Virus record (IMG/VR): IMGVR_UViG_3300034374_010562
Strand: one strand, 5' to 3'
DNA length: 20,000 bases
Source: an uncultured virus (IMG/VR IMGVR_UViG_3300034374_010562)
Taxonomy: Duplodnaviria; Heunggongvirae; Uroviricota; Caudoviricetes
A program made the translations under genes and the position numbers. This document shows, piece by piece, positions 1-8,596 of this stretch. Position 1 is the stretch's first letter; every line of letters begins with the position of its first letter. The notes below the pieces were generated by a model. The model saw nothing but the letters and a program-made list of their open reading frames with translations, was not told the origin of the DNA and ran no database searches.

Positions 1-451
1 CACTACCAAATTGTTGTCTTACCCTTCCGTGACCGTTACAGGTGTTACATATGTCTCTATCACCACCCGTTCCCTTACATAGGTTACACTCCTCTTTGAT
101 TTGGTAATTGATGTCCTTATCCATACCATAGAATGAGTCCATTGGGGTGATGTTTATATTGATAATCTTATCAGGTGCTTGTGGTCGTCTTCGTTGAGCC
201 TGACGGTCCTGATTAAACATACTAAATAAATCCTCAAAACTTCCCCCACCAAATGGATTGGGGTTATCGTATTGTTTACGTTTGTTTTCGTCACCTAACG
301 TATCATAAGCCTCGGCGACCTCCTTAAACATATCTGCACCGTCAGGGTTTACATCCGGGTGATATTGTTTACTCATTTTTCTATATGCTTTCTTGATATC
401 GTCCTGAGACGCATCTCTTGAGACACCTAAAGTTTTGTAATAATCTTTCAT
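1..451 (-). CDS. dnaJ: DnaJ (Hsp40) co-chaperone, type I; runs off the left edge (absent from the ORF track)
   Basis: Manual translation from ATG at 451-449: [55 protein letters not shown]-domain with HPD, short G/F region ([11 protein letters not shown]), zinc-finger repeats CNLCKGTG and CTTCNGHG; no stop before position 1. Confidence 0.96.
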   Translation of the reverse strand, partial: MKDYYKTLGVSRDASQDDIKKAYRKMSKQYHPDVNPDGADMFKEVAEAYDTLGDENKRKQYDNPNPFGGGSFEDLFSMFNQDRQAQRRRPQAPDKIININITPMDSFYGMDKDINYQIKEECNLCKGTGGDRDICNTCNGHGRVRQQFGS

Positions 452-1094
452 GGACAACTATATAATTGTATTGTTTAAGAATAAGAAAAAGAAAAGAATT
501 ATCAAAGGTTATTCTACAGAAACCAACGCCCGAAAGAAATTCAACGATATTATAGACTCAAATAAAGTATTATTCCCAATGGAATATGAAAACGCCGAGT
601 ATTGTATTCACGAACTCGCACTGTTAACAACACAGAAAGATTTTCAACTTCCACTTTTCATTACCGATGAGTTTGGTCGTAGTGAGAAAGTATTCTTAGA
701 TGGTGACACACATTATACCTTCTTAAATATAAAACCCTACAACATTGAGGAAAAGATTTACGACTGGCAAACTGACGATAAGATAACTTTAGAGGAACTC
801 ATTAGAAAGTATTGCCCGAAGAATAACTTTAAAAGTATATCCACACTAAATAACAAACTGGTCATTCAGATTGATGAGGACTTTAAACTATTCTCATTAA
901 AGAACGTGGATGACTCCAACAGACTGATTAACATTATGGAAAGTCATTTTATGAATTTGGGTCGTAGGGATGCCATGTTTATTCGTGACACCTCTACGAC
1001 CCAACGTAAGTGGTTATATAATGTTTTGGAGGAAAAAGGGTTTGATAGAAGAAAGTTATACCGTCAATCTACGACTTATTCGAAACGAGGGTAA
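450..1094 (+). CDS. Hypothetical protein (214 aa)
   Basis: Long ORF with protein-like composition filling the space between minus-strand genes; basic N-terminus; no recognised motif. Confidence 0.75.
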   Translation: MDNYIIVLFKNKKKKRIIKGYSTETNARKKFNDIIDSNKVLFPMEYENAEYCIHELALLTTQKDFQLPLFITDEFGRSEKVFLDGDTHYTFLNIKPYNIEEKIYDWQTDDKITLEELIRKYCPKNNFKSISTLNNKLVIQIDEDFKLFSLKNVDDSNRLINIMESHFMNLGRRDAMFIRDTSTTQRKWLYNVLEEKGFDRRKLYRQSTTYSKRG

Positions 1095-1299
1095 ACTCCA
1101 TACCCGAAATATCAATAACAATACTTTTACTGGTAACATCTCGAGGACTTAAAAACCCAACTACTTTATCATAGCTGGGTTTTTCTAATTCAACAATGAC
1201 AGAAACTTTACCGTCAGAAAAGATTGAGTCTTCTAAAATATCTGAAATCTCTGCCAGTTTTTTTAACTCATCTTTAAGGTTCGTTTGATTCTCTGCCAT
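1069..1299 (-). CDS. Hypothetical protein (76 aa)
   Basis: ORF in a tightly overlapping minus-strand gene run. Confidence 0.7.
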   Translation of the reverse strand: MAENQTNLKDELKKLAEISDILEDSIFSDGKVSVIVELEKPSYDKVVGFLSPRDVTSKSIVIDISGMEFTLVSNKS

Positions 1300-1460
1300 A
1301 TCGTATATTTTTTCTCTACTTGAGCAGTGTTGGTTATTTTAGTCTTTGGGACTTTAGTAATCTCGTTAATCAGCTCTTTTTTTGCCTTTTTAACGGTTTG
1401 TTCATCCTTCAGCTTCTCGCTCTTGAACCAAGTCATCATGTCCTTCAGTTCCTTGTCCAT
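1263..1460 (-). CDS. Hypothetical basic protein (65 aa)
   Basis: ORF overlapping both neighbours; Lys-rich, ends ...WQRIKRTLKMS. Confidence 0.65.
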   Translation of the reverse strand: MDKELKDMMTWFKSEKLKDEQTVKKAKKELINEITKVPKTKITNTAQVEKKYTIWQRIKRTLKMS

Positions 1461-1875
1461 CTTCTTCTAAGTTTTCATCTTTTAAACCTAAACGAACTAC
1501 CTCTTCTTCCATTTCAAAATGTAAGGTTTTTAGTTCGTCCACACCTTTGGATTCAAACATACTTTTCAACTCCTGAATTTTTTGTTTGAATAAACGCTCT
1601 TTCTCTTCTTTCTCTTTGTTGTATGAAACAATGTTCTTAAATGCTTTCTCTATTGAGTCTACCATTTGTCTTTCATTCTTTACCACAAAGGAATATACTT
1701 TAGAGTCTGGTCTGTCTGAGTTTTCCTGATTTATTACTTCAATACCATCAGTGATAAACTTCTTTGGAATAGACCAAAAACTACTTAAGTATAAGTCAAA
1801 ACTTACATAATCCTTCAAAACTCTAACAGATTTAAGGTATGGTTTTAACTCTTCTGTGAAATTTGAAAAAGTCAT
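1402..1875 (-). CDS. Hypothetical protein with C-terminal coiled coil (157 aa)
   Basis: Start coupled to the upstream stop (TAATG); E/K-rich helical C-terminal half. Confidence 0.75.
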   Translation of the reverse strand: MTFSNFTEELKPYLKSVRVLKDYVSFDLYLSSFWSIPKKFITDGIEVINQENSDRPDSKVYSFVVKNERQMVDSIEKAFKNIVSYNKEKEEKERLFKQKIQELKSMFESKGVDELKTLHFEMEEEVVRLGLKDENLEEDGQGTEGHDDLVQEREAEG

Positions 1876-2072
1876 TATAAAAGGTAAATTATAAAAGTTA
1901 TTATATAACTGAGACTGAGTCCCGTGAATAATAACTCACGGTTACTCAACTCTAAAGGTTTGGGTGGGTCTGACAACATTGAACTTATAAACATAAACAA
2001 CACTCTAACCCCATATAAAAACGAGAATATAAAGGTAAATATTGATAGATATGTTAGTAAGGATGTCAACAT
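1875..2072 (-). CDS. Small membrane protein, two predicted TM helices (65 aa)
   Basis: Two hydrophobic stretches separated by SDPPKPLELSNRE; TAATG coupling at both ends. Confidence 0.75.
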   Translation of the reverse strand: MLTSLLTYLSIFTFIFSFLYGVRVLFMFISSMLSDPPKPLELSNRELLFTGLSLSYIITFIIYLL

Positions 2073-2245
2073 TATTTTTCGTTTCTAGCTTCTAAGATTT
2101 CACCTCTTAAATCCTGCAACATGCTTTTCAATTCTTGTGCAGTTTTTCTAGCTCTCACACCAGCAGATTTGTTACCCGCGTAAAATTTAGTTGTGTCCAC
2201 TGAAAGTGCCTCTACTAATGTTTTGATGTTTTCTAAAGTTTCCAT
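2072..2245 (-). CDS. Histone H1-like / Hc1-family small DNA-binding protein (57 aa; below the ORF-track cutoff)
   Basis: Manual translation METLENIKTLVEALSVDTTKFYAGNKSAGVRARKTAQELKSMLQDLRGEILEARNEK*; the KF..GNKxAGxRARK...ELK motif is the Hc1/Bacteroidota 'histone H1' signature. Confidence 0.9.
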   Translation of the reverse strand: METLENIKTLVEALSVDTTKFYAGNKSAGVRARKTAQELKSMLQDLRGEILEARNEK

Positions 2246-2323
2246 TTAAAATATTTTTTACAGTTTTTATTTTTCTAAATCTTAAGTTTTTCTGGTCGGA
2301 TGTAAACCCCATCAAGAAAAAAT

Positions 2324-2806
2324 TTAATTTTCTAATGAACGTTCCATCACTTTATATAGGTCAGTATACATTTCCAAATCGGATTTTGTGTATACTCTGT
2401 CCCATGTGAATAGTTGTTCCAAAAAGGTATCAATGGAGTCTCTTACCTCTTCATCTGGTTGGTCATAATAAACCTCAAAGAAGAACGCTTCGAAATAATC
2501 GAAGTCGTCATTGGAAAAGGTAAAGGTTATGTTTTCCTTTGAAAAGTTTTCAATGGTCTTTGTCCAACACCATATAAAGTGTGACTTTTTATCGTCCTCA
2601 GTCATCCCGATTTTTGTTTCTCGAGCATCACCGTGACTATCACCCAAATAGGTGTCCTTCATCAAATAAAATAATGAAAAGCAAAAGTCTCTGAACAGTT
2701 CAGAATATTCTCGTTGAATATTGTGTGCCCTGAACCATAAGTCCACATCGTTTCTGTCCATAGGTTTTGATAACCAATTAAAAAAATAGTCCATCTTATC
2801 TTTCAT
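2324..2806 (-). CDS. Hypothetical acidic/aromatic-rich protein (160 aa)
   Basis: Clean ATG ORF flanked by AT-rich intergenic spacers. Confidence 0.8.
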   Translation of the reverse strand: MKDKMDYFFNWLSKPMDRNDVDLWFRAHNIQREYSELFRDFCFSLFYLMKDTYLGDSHGDARETKIGMTEDDKKSHFIWCWTKTIENFSKENITFTFSNDDFDYFEAFFFEVYYDQPDEEVRDSIDTFLEQLFTWDRVYTKSDLEMYTDLYKVMERSLEN

Positions 2807-2850
2807 ATTAGAAATCTAAGATGGACCACTTAAAAAGAAATAAAAAAGTA

Positions 2851-4056
2851 TTATTGTGTTTTGTTGTTGTAAGTAAAAATCGATTTCATCTTATTGATTT
2901 CCTCGTTGATTTTTACCTTCTTTTTGTCGTCAACATTTTCAGAAATTGCAGCCATAACTTCGTCAGGTGACATTGCCGCCTTATCTGACTTCTTACTACC
3001 CGCAAAATCTTCAACAGGTTGAACAGCTTTTTGGTAAGATTGTTTTTTCAACTTAGCCAACCAATTTTTCTTACGTCTGTCGTTAACTTTTTCGTTTGCA
3101 TCAGTTGCAACCGCATTTGCATATTCTTGAGAGTTACCCGTCTTAGAGTCACCCATGATGTTCATCTCAATCCAATCTTCATTAGGTTTGATAGCATCAT
3201 ACTCCAAGTTTTCCATACCACCTGAACGAGCAATTTGGTCAATGTATTCTTCAACAGCGTCTGAAGCATGATACATCATCTTATCATCATCACCCATCTC
3301 ACCGTTTCCTTTTGGGAAACCTTTAGGGTTTTCTTCATATCCATCGTTAGAACCAGCCTTAACGTAGTCTTTCATTTTCTTATTAACTTCTTTCATCGCT
3401 TCGTCATTTACCTTAGCAGATGCTTTCAAAGTTTTCTCAGTATCTTTAAGACCTTTAGCCTCTTTTTGTTCCACAACTAATCTTTGGATTAATTCAATCA
3501 TCTCCTCTTCAGATAAGGTAACCACCTTTTTCTTAGATTCATTCATCTTCTTACATCCACATGATTCTTTATCTTTCTCGTCAGCATCTTTAACTTCGTA
3601 TTCTTTACCGTCAACCTCAAAAGAGTCATCACCGGCACAGATAGCTTTACATCTTGCTTCAGAGAACGCATTTCCTTCTTCCAACTCGTCTTCTTCCATA
3701 CGTTGTTTTTTGATGTTTGAATACACACCAACAACTTCTGAATCACGACCGTCGAAGTCGTCTCTATCTTCAGGCATTTTACCCATATCTTCTTGTAATG
3801 ATTTACATTTATCTTTATTCATGTTTAAATAAAGTTGAGCCATCTTAGCTGGTTTTCCACCTTCTTTTTTGGCTGCTTCGGCACACTCACAGGTTACATC
3901 ACCTTCTCCATCTAACATACCTTTTCCTTTACAGTAGTCAGTGAAGGCACCTTCTTTCATGTCAACGTCCTGTATCCACTTGTCCTCCTTCTCTTGAAGG
4001 GATTCTTGCAAAACACGGTCAACAATCTCGTTAATCTTATTTTCTATGTTTTTCAT
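2851..4056 (-). CDS. Acidic modular protein, putative virion head/internal protein (401 aa)
   Basis: E/D/K-rich; short modules (DKWIQ..., EGNAFSEA...FEVDGKEY, VVTLSEEEMIELIQRLVVEQ, C-terminal INEEINKMKSIF) separated by E-ending linkers; TATTTAT upstream. Structural role is inferred. Confidence 0.6.
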   Translation of the reverse strand: MKNIENKINEIVDRVLQESLQEKEDKWIQDVDMKEGAFTDYCKGKGMLDGEGDVTCECAEAAKKEGGKPAKMAQLYLNMNKDKCKSLQEDMGKMPEDRDDFDGRDSEVVGVYSNIKKQRMEEDELEEGNAFSEARCKAICAGDDSFEVDGKEYEVKDADEKDKESCGCKKMNESKKKVVTLSEEEMIELIQRLVVEQKEAKGLKDTEKTLKASAKVNDEAMKEVNKKMKDYVKAGSNDGYEENPKGFPKGNGEMGDDDKMMYHASDAVEEYIDQIARSGGMENLEYDAIKPNEDWIEMNIMGDSKTGNSQEYANAVATDANEKVNDRRKKNWLAKLKKQSYQKAVQPVEDFAGSKKSDKAAMSPDEVMAAISENVDDKKKVKINEEINKMKSIFTYNNKTQ

Positions 4057-4074
4057 ACTAATAATACTTTTACA

Positions 4075-4081
4075 ATAAATA
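4075..4081 (-). promoter_or_regulatory. TATTTAT putative late-promoter motif
   Basis: Plus-strand ATAAATA in the spacer, 18 nt upstream of the 401-aa gene start; recurs before other putative late genes. Confidence 0.45.
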
Positions 4082-4088
4082 TATTGAT

Positions 4089-6299
4089 TTACCTAAATCT
4101 CGAATACGGATTTATTCTTATGTCACCCAAGTGTAAGTTCAAACTTTTAAATATTCTATGTGGGTATGATAGTCCCGTTGCAATTGCCTGTTCAACAGGA
4201 TTTCCTCTATATGAATCTTCCTCTTCCTCAGGTGGTAAATAACGAGCAATCATATCATAGAAACCTACAGGAACTTTCTCACCTTTATATCTTAAATCTA
4301 GTAACTCAACAAACATTCCAACATATCTTGAATCTCCAAAATCATAAGAATCTGCATTACTTAAAAATCCCGCAATCTTACCTTCAGGACCAACATCATC
4401 AATTCGTATTTTACCGGATATATTACCATTATCAAAATCAAACTCCTTATCCTTTAATTCCTTTTGTAAAAATCTACTCTTATCATCTTTAATAGATTCC
4501 AACCATTCTTTTTCTCTCTCTTCTTTACTTGGAAAGGCACCATCCGGTAGTTCGAAAGTAACAAAACCCTCCTCTTCATCCTGTTCAGTAATATAACCTA
4601 ATTCTTTGGCCACTAAGTTCTTAACCACATAAGTTTCAACCTTAAGTTTTTTAGCAGTTCTGTCAATCGCTTCTTTAATCATATCTCTTTCAAAGAACTC
4701 CAATGCGTTGATGTCACCTTGATTACAGTAAGGGAACTTCTTACACTTAGATTTAATCTTTACAAACTTAGCACCCGGACCACCATACTTTGGAAACTTC
4801 TTATCTCTCACCGCACGGGTCTTCTTATCTACCGTCTCAGGATTGTCAATCTTTAGTGGGTCTCTTTTAGGGAAACCAAAAGGTGCGTCATAAGCCCCTG
4901 ACGAAGACGCTGAAGTCACCTCAGTAGTTTCTCCACCTTCCATCTTAGCCAACTTATCATAATAGAATGGGTCTTCATATAAATGGTCCATTGCAATCTC
5001 CAATGCTACCATCATCTCGGATGTATGTTCCATTTCAACTCTTACACCTTTTTGTAACTGTTCAAACATGGTATCTATATCCACATCATGCATAGCTGCA
5101 ATGTCTTCAATATCTTTACCATCTGCTAACCCACCTTTGATTTCCTCTTCGTTTAACCTATCTCTTTGTTTTTGATAGTTGGATTTAGCAATATCATACT
5201 TTTTTTGGTCCGCCTCGTCATAAACGATTTGTTCAAAGTATTTCTCAAACATTGGGTCAAATAACTTCTCCATCGCTTCAGGACTACGGTCTCTACCTTT
5301 AAGATATAACATTCTCATGTTATCCATTCTTTGAATACGTAAGTCTTCGTCTTTTTTCTTAAATAACCAATAAGGGATTCTAATAAACTTAAACCCTTCC
5401 TTACCTGGAACATCACCAATCACCTCAATCTGAGACAACGGTAACATTGTTCTGTGTAATGACATACTATAAGGTTTGTGACCTGAGGCAAAGAAAGCAT
5501 CGTTATCAGGTGTTTGTCTAATATTGAAAACTTCCAATTGTTTTGGCGTTTCCTCACCCACCATATAAGCACCAACAATAGTTTTACTATCGGCGTCATA
5601 GTCTGACTTATAAAAGTCATATTGACTATCATTTGTATCCACTTCCTCAGGTTCAACCTGACCATCTTCAGGTGAAGCATCATTTTCCTGCTCTTCAACC
5701 TTTACTCCGTGAACATACTTAACACCACTAGCCCTCTTATTTTCTAATTTTCTTTCAATGTCATCAATTATTCTCTTAACCGACTTCATTGGTGATGGAC
5801 CACTCGCGGCTTTGATTAACTTTCTAACCAATTCAATTTTTTCAAAATCTCTAAGTTCTGATTCATTAACAGGACCACCCTTAGGTTTTGTCGTTAACTT
5901 AGATTCAGTACCAGGTTGGAATAGATTGTTTTTCTTTGGCTCTGTGAATAATGGTGCCGAATATGCCCCTGATGAACCCGCACCCATGGCTTCAGTTGTT
6001 TCACCTTCAACCTCTTCATTACCCATATCACTTACGATACGCATTAGGATTTGATTTAAAGTATCAACGGTAAGACCTTCTGTCTCACCCTTAGGATTGT
6101 CCTTAGACTTTAAGAATGGTGAATATCCTTTTTCTTCATCCAACTCAGATTCAACAGCATTAATCATCTGACCCATCGATACAAAATTATCAGTTGTAGC
6201 GTCACCAGTGTTTGGTAAACTACCCGCATTTTTTTGAAAAGCCTTACTCAGACCTTTTCTAATCATTGCCTTTAAATCTTCCTCGTTGATATTTTTCAT
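4089..6299 (-). CDS. Large modular protein with DUF5661-like domain, putative virion protein (736 aa)
   Basis: QLQKGVRVEMEHT...ALEIAMDHLYEDPFYYDKL (about 4950-5145) matches the DUF5661 pattern; internal duplication GETTE..A.SSGAY.AP; Cys motif KCKKFPYCNQGD. Confidence 0.7.
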   Translation of the reverse strand: MKNINEEDLKAMIRKGLSKAFQKNAGSLPNTGDATTDNFVSMGQMINAVESELDEEKGYSPFLKSKDNPKGETEGLTVDTLNQILMRIVSDMGNEEVEGETTEAMGAGSSGAYSAPLFTEPKKNNLFQPGTESKLTTKPKGGPVNESELRDFEKIELVRKLIKAASGPSPMKSVKRIIDDIERKLENKRASGVKYVHGVKVEEQENDASPEDGQVEPEEVDTNDSQYDFYKSDYDADSKTIVGAYMVGEETPKQLEVFNIRQTPDNDAFFASGHKPYSMSLHRTMLPLSQIEVIGDVPGKEGFKFIRIPYWLFKKKDEDLRIQRMDNMRMLYLKGRDRSPEAMEKLFDPMFEKYFEQIVYDEADQKKYDIAKSNYQKQRDRLNEEEIKGGLADGKDIEDIAAMHDVDIDTMFEQLQKGVRVEMEHTSEMMVALEIAMDHLYEDPFYYDKLAKMEGGETTEVTSASSSGAYDAPFGFPKRDPLKIDNPETVDKKTRAVRDKKFPKYGGPGAKFVKIKSKCKKFPYCNQGDINALEFFERDMIKEAIDRTAKKLKVETYVVKNLVAKELGYITEQDEEEGFVTFELPDGAFPSKEEREKEWLESIKDDKSRFLQKELKDKEFDFDNGNISGKIRIDDVGPEGKIAGFLSNADSYDFGDSRYVGMFVELLDLRYKGEKVPVGFYDMIARYLPPEEEEDSYRGNPVEQAIATGLSYPHRIFKSLNLHLGDIRINPYSRFR

Positions 6300-6547
6300 T
6301 ACTTAACTGACTTTAATGTTGGTTCCCAGAAACTTCTACGTGTCCACATAATCTTATAGAACTCTCTCATTATCTTGACGACAATATCATTGACATCACC
6401 ACTGATTTTACCTCGTTGAATCTCCTGACGGATAAGGTCAATCATTTTATTCTCAAATTGCTTTAATGTTGACGAGTCCAAGAAATCCTTGATTTCCTTT
6501 CTCACCATTCTTTCAATTTCCTTTTTGTCTGTGTTTGATAGTGCCAT
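6299..6547 (-). CDS. Hypothetical helical protein (82 aa)
   Basis: ORF coupled to the 736-aa gene (TAATG), with TATTTATA immediately upstream. Confidence 0.8.
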   Translation of the reverse strand: MALSNTDKKEIERMVRKEIKDFLDSSTLKQFENKMIDLIRQEIQRGKISGDVNDIVVKIMREFYKIMWTRRSFWEPTLKSVK

Positions 6548-6552
6548 AATCC

Positions 6553-6560
6553 TATAAATA
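6553..6560 (-). promoter_or_regulatory. TATTTATA putative late-promoter motif
   Basis: Plus-strand TATAAATA at 6553-6560 in a 13-bp spacer, 5 nt before the ATG at 6547. Confidence 0.45.
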
Positions 6561-7454
6561 TTAGAAAAACCTATAACCGGCAGTTACTCCGATACCCCAT
6601 GTTGGTTGGAACCCATTATTTGTATTGTATATACCATAAGAAGGTCCAACCATAAGACCGAAACCTCTACGTTTTACCCTCACCTCAGGGACCTTAATCG
6701 TCTGTGGTTGAACGTCAATGTAATTCACCCCTTCAATAAATGGAATGTTCAACTGTGACTTTGGAATTGCCACACCATCACCATTTACAGGTGTTACATA
6801 TACCTTTGTTGTCCCATCAGGTAATTCTGCTTGAACGAACGATAAACTGAAGTTGAATCTATGGTTTAATAGTGATGGTTTACCTGGACCAAACTTATCT
6901 ACAAAGTAAAAACCTAACTCACCATTGTCTTTTCTGAAGTTGAACCACGTTTCAGTCTCCAAAGAGAAGACTTCATTGGTATCTGCAATACCTATACCTA
7001 TATTACCAGCACTGTCCACCTTCATGATATTATGAACATCAGATGTTGAAGTGTTAGAGGTAATATCTGCAACATACACTGACTTTATCTCGGCGTCTTT
7101 GAGTTTTTCTTTTAACTCTCTCACCCTTCTCTGTTCACGAGCAACACGACCGTTCAACTTATCAATCTCATCTTGTTTGAGTTGCAACACACCTCTAACA
7201 TACACACCGTCCTCTACCAAATAATCAATGGAATCTTGTAGGATTTCAAAGTTATTAGTTAATCGGTTATACTCGTTTTGTCTTTCAACCTCACCAATCT
7301 TAATCTCGTTTTTAAGGTCTTTCGTCTTCTCACATTGACGGAAAAGTAGGGTTATTAGTAAAGCAAAAATAACCCCTAAGAAAAACTTGGGGTTATTTTT
7401 AATGAATTCGATAAGGTTATTAAACAACCTTAATATTTGACTTAGTATTGTCAT
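6561..7454 (-). CDS. Membrane-anchored coiled-coil protein with C-terminal beta-hairpin; putative spanin-like lysis protein (297 aa)
   Basis: N-terminal TM (FFLGVIFALLITLLF), coiled coil, beta-rich region, C-terminal GFGLMVGPSYG...WGIGVTAGYRFF ending in Phe; two genes from an amidase. Confidence 0.55.
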   Translation of the reverse strand: MTILSQILRLFNNLIEFIKNNPKFFLGVIFALLITLLFRQCEKTKDLKNEIKIGEVERQNEYNRLTNNFEILQDSIDYLVEDGVYVRGVLQLKQDEIDKLNGRVAREQRRVRELKEKLKDAEIKSVYVADITSNTSTSDVHNIMKVDSAGNIGIGIADTNEVFSLETETWFNFRKDNGELGFYFVDKFGPGKPSLLNHRFNFSLSFVQAELPDGTTKVYVTPVNGDGVAIPKSQLNIPFIEGVNYIDVQPQTIKVPEVRVKRRGFGLMVGPSYGIYNTNNGFQPTWGIGVTAGYRFF

Positions 7455-7455
7455 G

Positions 7456-8004
7456 TTAATCTTCGGTTTCTACACTACGAGTTTTCTTTCTACTTGCCAA
7501 TAATTTTGCCCACTTAGACTTAAACATCTCATAATAGTCGGTAAGTTTTTGAAGTGTTTCCATCGCTTCGGTGTTCAACTTAACCATATCACCGTTGATG
7601 TATACACCATTGTTCTCACCAATAGAATAGAAGAAGTCCAAATCGAAATCGATAATCTTTCCACTCCACTCCACATTGTTAGGGTAAACATTTAAAGTTC
7701 CAAAGTCAGACATATCAGATACCATCTCAACGAAGTCATCCATAGTCTCTTGAAAAGCAATCTTTTCCTCTGTAGAAAGTTCAATATCTTGCTTGGTCTT
7801 ACCGTGCAAAGTAATGATACCACCAGAAACTCTATAGCTTTGTTTTTTATCTTCTTGAGGTTGAGTGTCAATGTCAATTTCTTCTTCACTATCAACGGCT
7901 AAATCAACAGGCTCATCAGTCAAATCAGTGACCACCTTCTCCTCTTGTTCTTTAATTAAACGAGACTTCTTTAATAAGTCTTTTATTTCATCATACTGGT
8001 TCAT
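7456..8004 (-). CDS. Hypothetical acidic protein (182 aa; start moved to MNQYDEIK)
   Basis: ATG at 8004-8002 overlaps the amidase 3' end, more plausible than the upstream non-ATG start. Confidence 0.75.
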   Translation of the reverse strand: MNQYDEIKDLLKKSRLIKEQEEKVVTDLTDEPVDLAVDSEEEIDIDTQPQEDKKQSYRVSGGIITLHGKTKQDIELSTEEKIAFQETMDDFVEMVSDMSDFGTLNVYPNNVEWSGKIIDFDLDFFYSIGENNGVYINGDMVKLNTEAMETLQKLTDYYEMFKSKWAKLLASRKKTRSVETED

Positions 8005-8596
8005 TCTCAAATACTTTAACAAACTCTTCGTAGTCAAATGCCGGACTTAAATCTGTGCAGTGAACTGTATAGTTACTTTTGGTTAACACACCTTCATATA
8101 AATCCGCAAAGTCTACCTTTACGTTATGACCAATTACGGTCTTTGGAATCTCAAAACTCTCACACAACTCTAAACACAATTCCTGTGCAGTTTTTAATTG
8201 AGTATCTGTGTAAGGGTCCCAAAAAAAGTATCCTCTCCACTTTTTTTCATAAGGTTCCTCACTATAAATATTACCAATCCAGTTAATGTAGGATGCATTT
8301 AAGGGGTTTTTCTTTAACCAACCTAAGTTTTCAAGGGCAACAACAATAATTTTTCGCTTATTGTCGTAACCTTCAAAGTAATCTGTGGAATATTCGGGCG
8401 ATAAAAACTCGAGAACCTTACCATCCTTTGTAATTAGATAGTGAGGAACTCGAGTATTATTACCATTGTACCTATACTTTAAAGACTGAAAGTATTCTTT
8501 GGCATCCCTTCCAGTATGGACCAATACTATCTGTCTTTTATCCTTATGTTCACCAACGTTATTATAACCTTGTAATTTTTGCATTTCTACGGCCAT
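7991..8596 (-). CDS. N-acetylmuramoyl-L-alanine amidase (Amidase_2/T7-lysozyme-like), putative endolysin
   Basis: Motifs QIVLVHT, PHYLITKDGKV, IVVALEN, PYTDTQL..AQELCLELC..FEIP..VIGHN, DLSPAFD; candidate Zn ligands His/His/Asp. Confidence 0.85.
   Translation of the reverse strand: MAVEMQKLQGYNNVGEHKDKRQIVLVHTGRDAKEYFQSLKYRYNGNNTRVPHYLITKDGKVLEFLSPEYSTDYFEGYDNKRKIIVVALENLGWLKKNPLNASYINWIGNIYSEEPYEKKWRGYFFWDPYTDTQLKTAQELCLELCESFEIPKTVIGHNVKVDFADLYEGVLTKSNYTVHCTDLSPAFDYEEFVKVFENEPV

Noticed and set aside
2276..2310. TTTACA-N16-TAAGAT sigma-70-like promoter upstream of the H1-like gene (minus strand)
   Set aside because: Single instance, suboptimal spacing, AT-rich background; not enough support to call.
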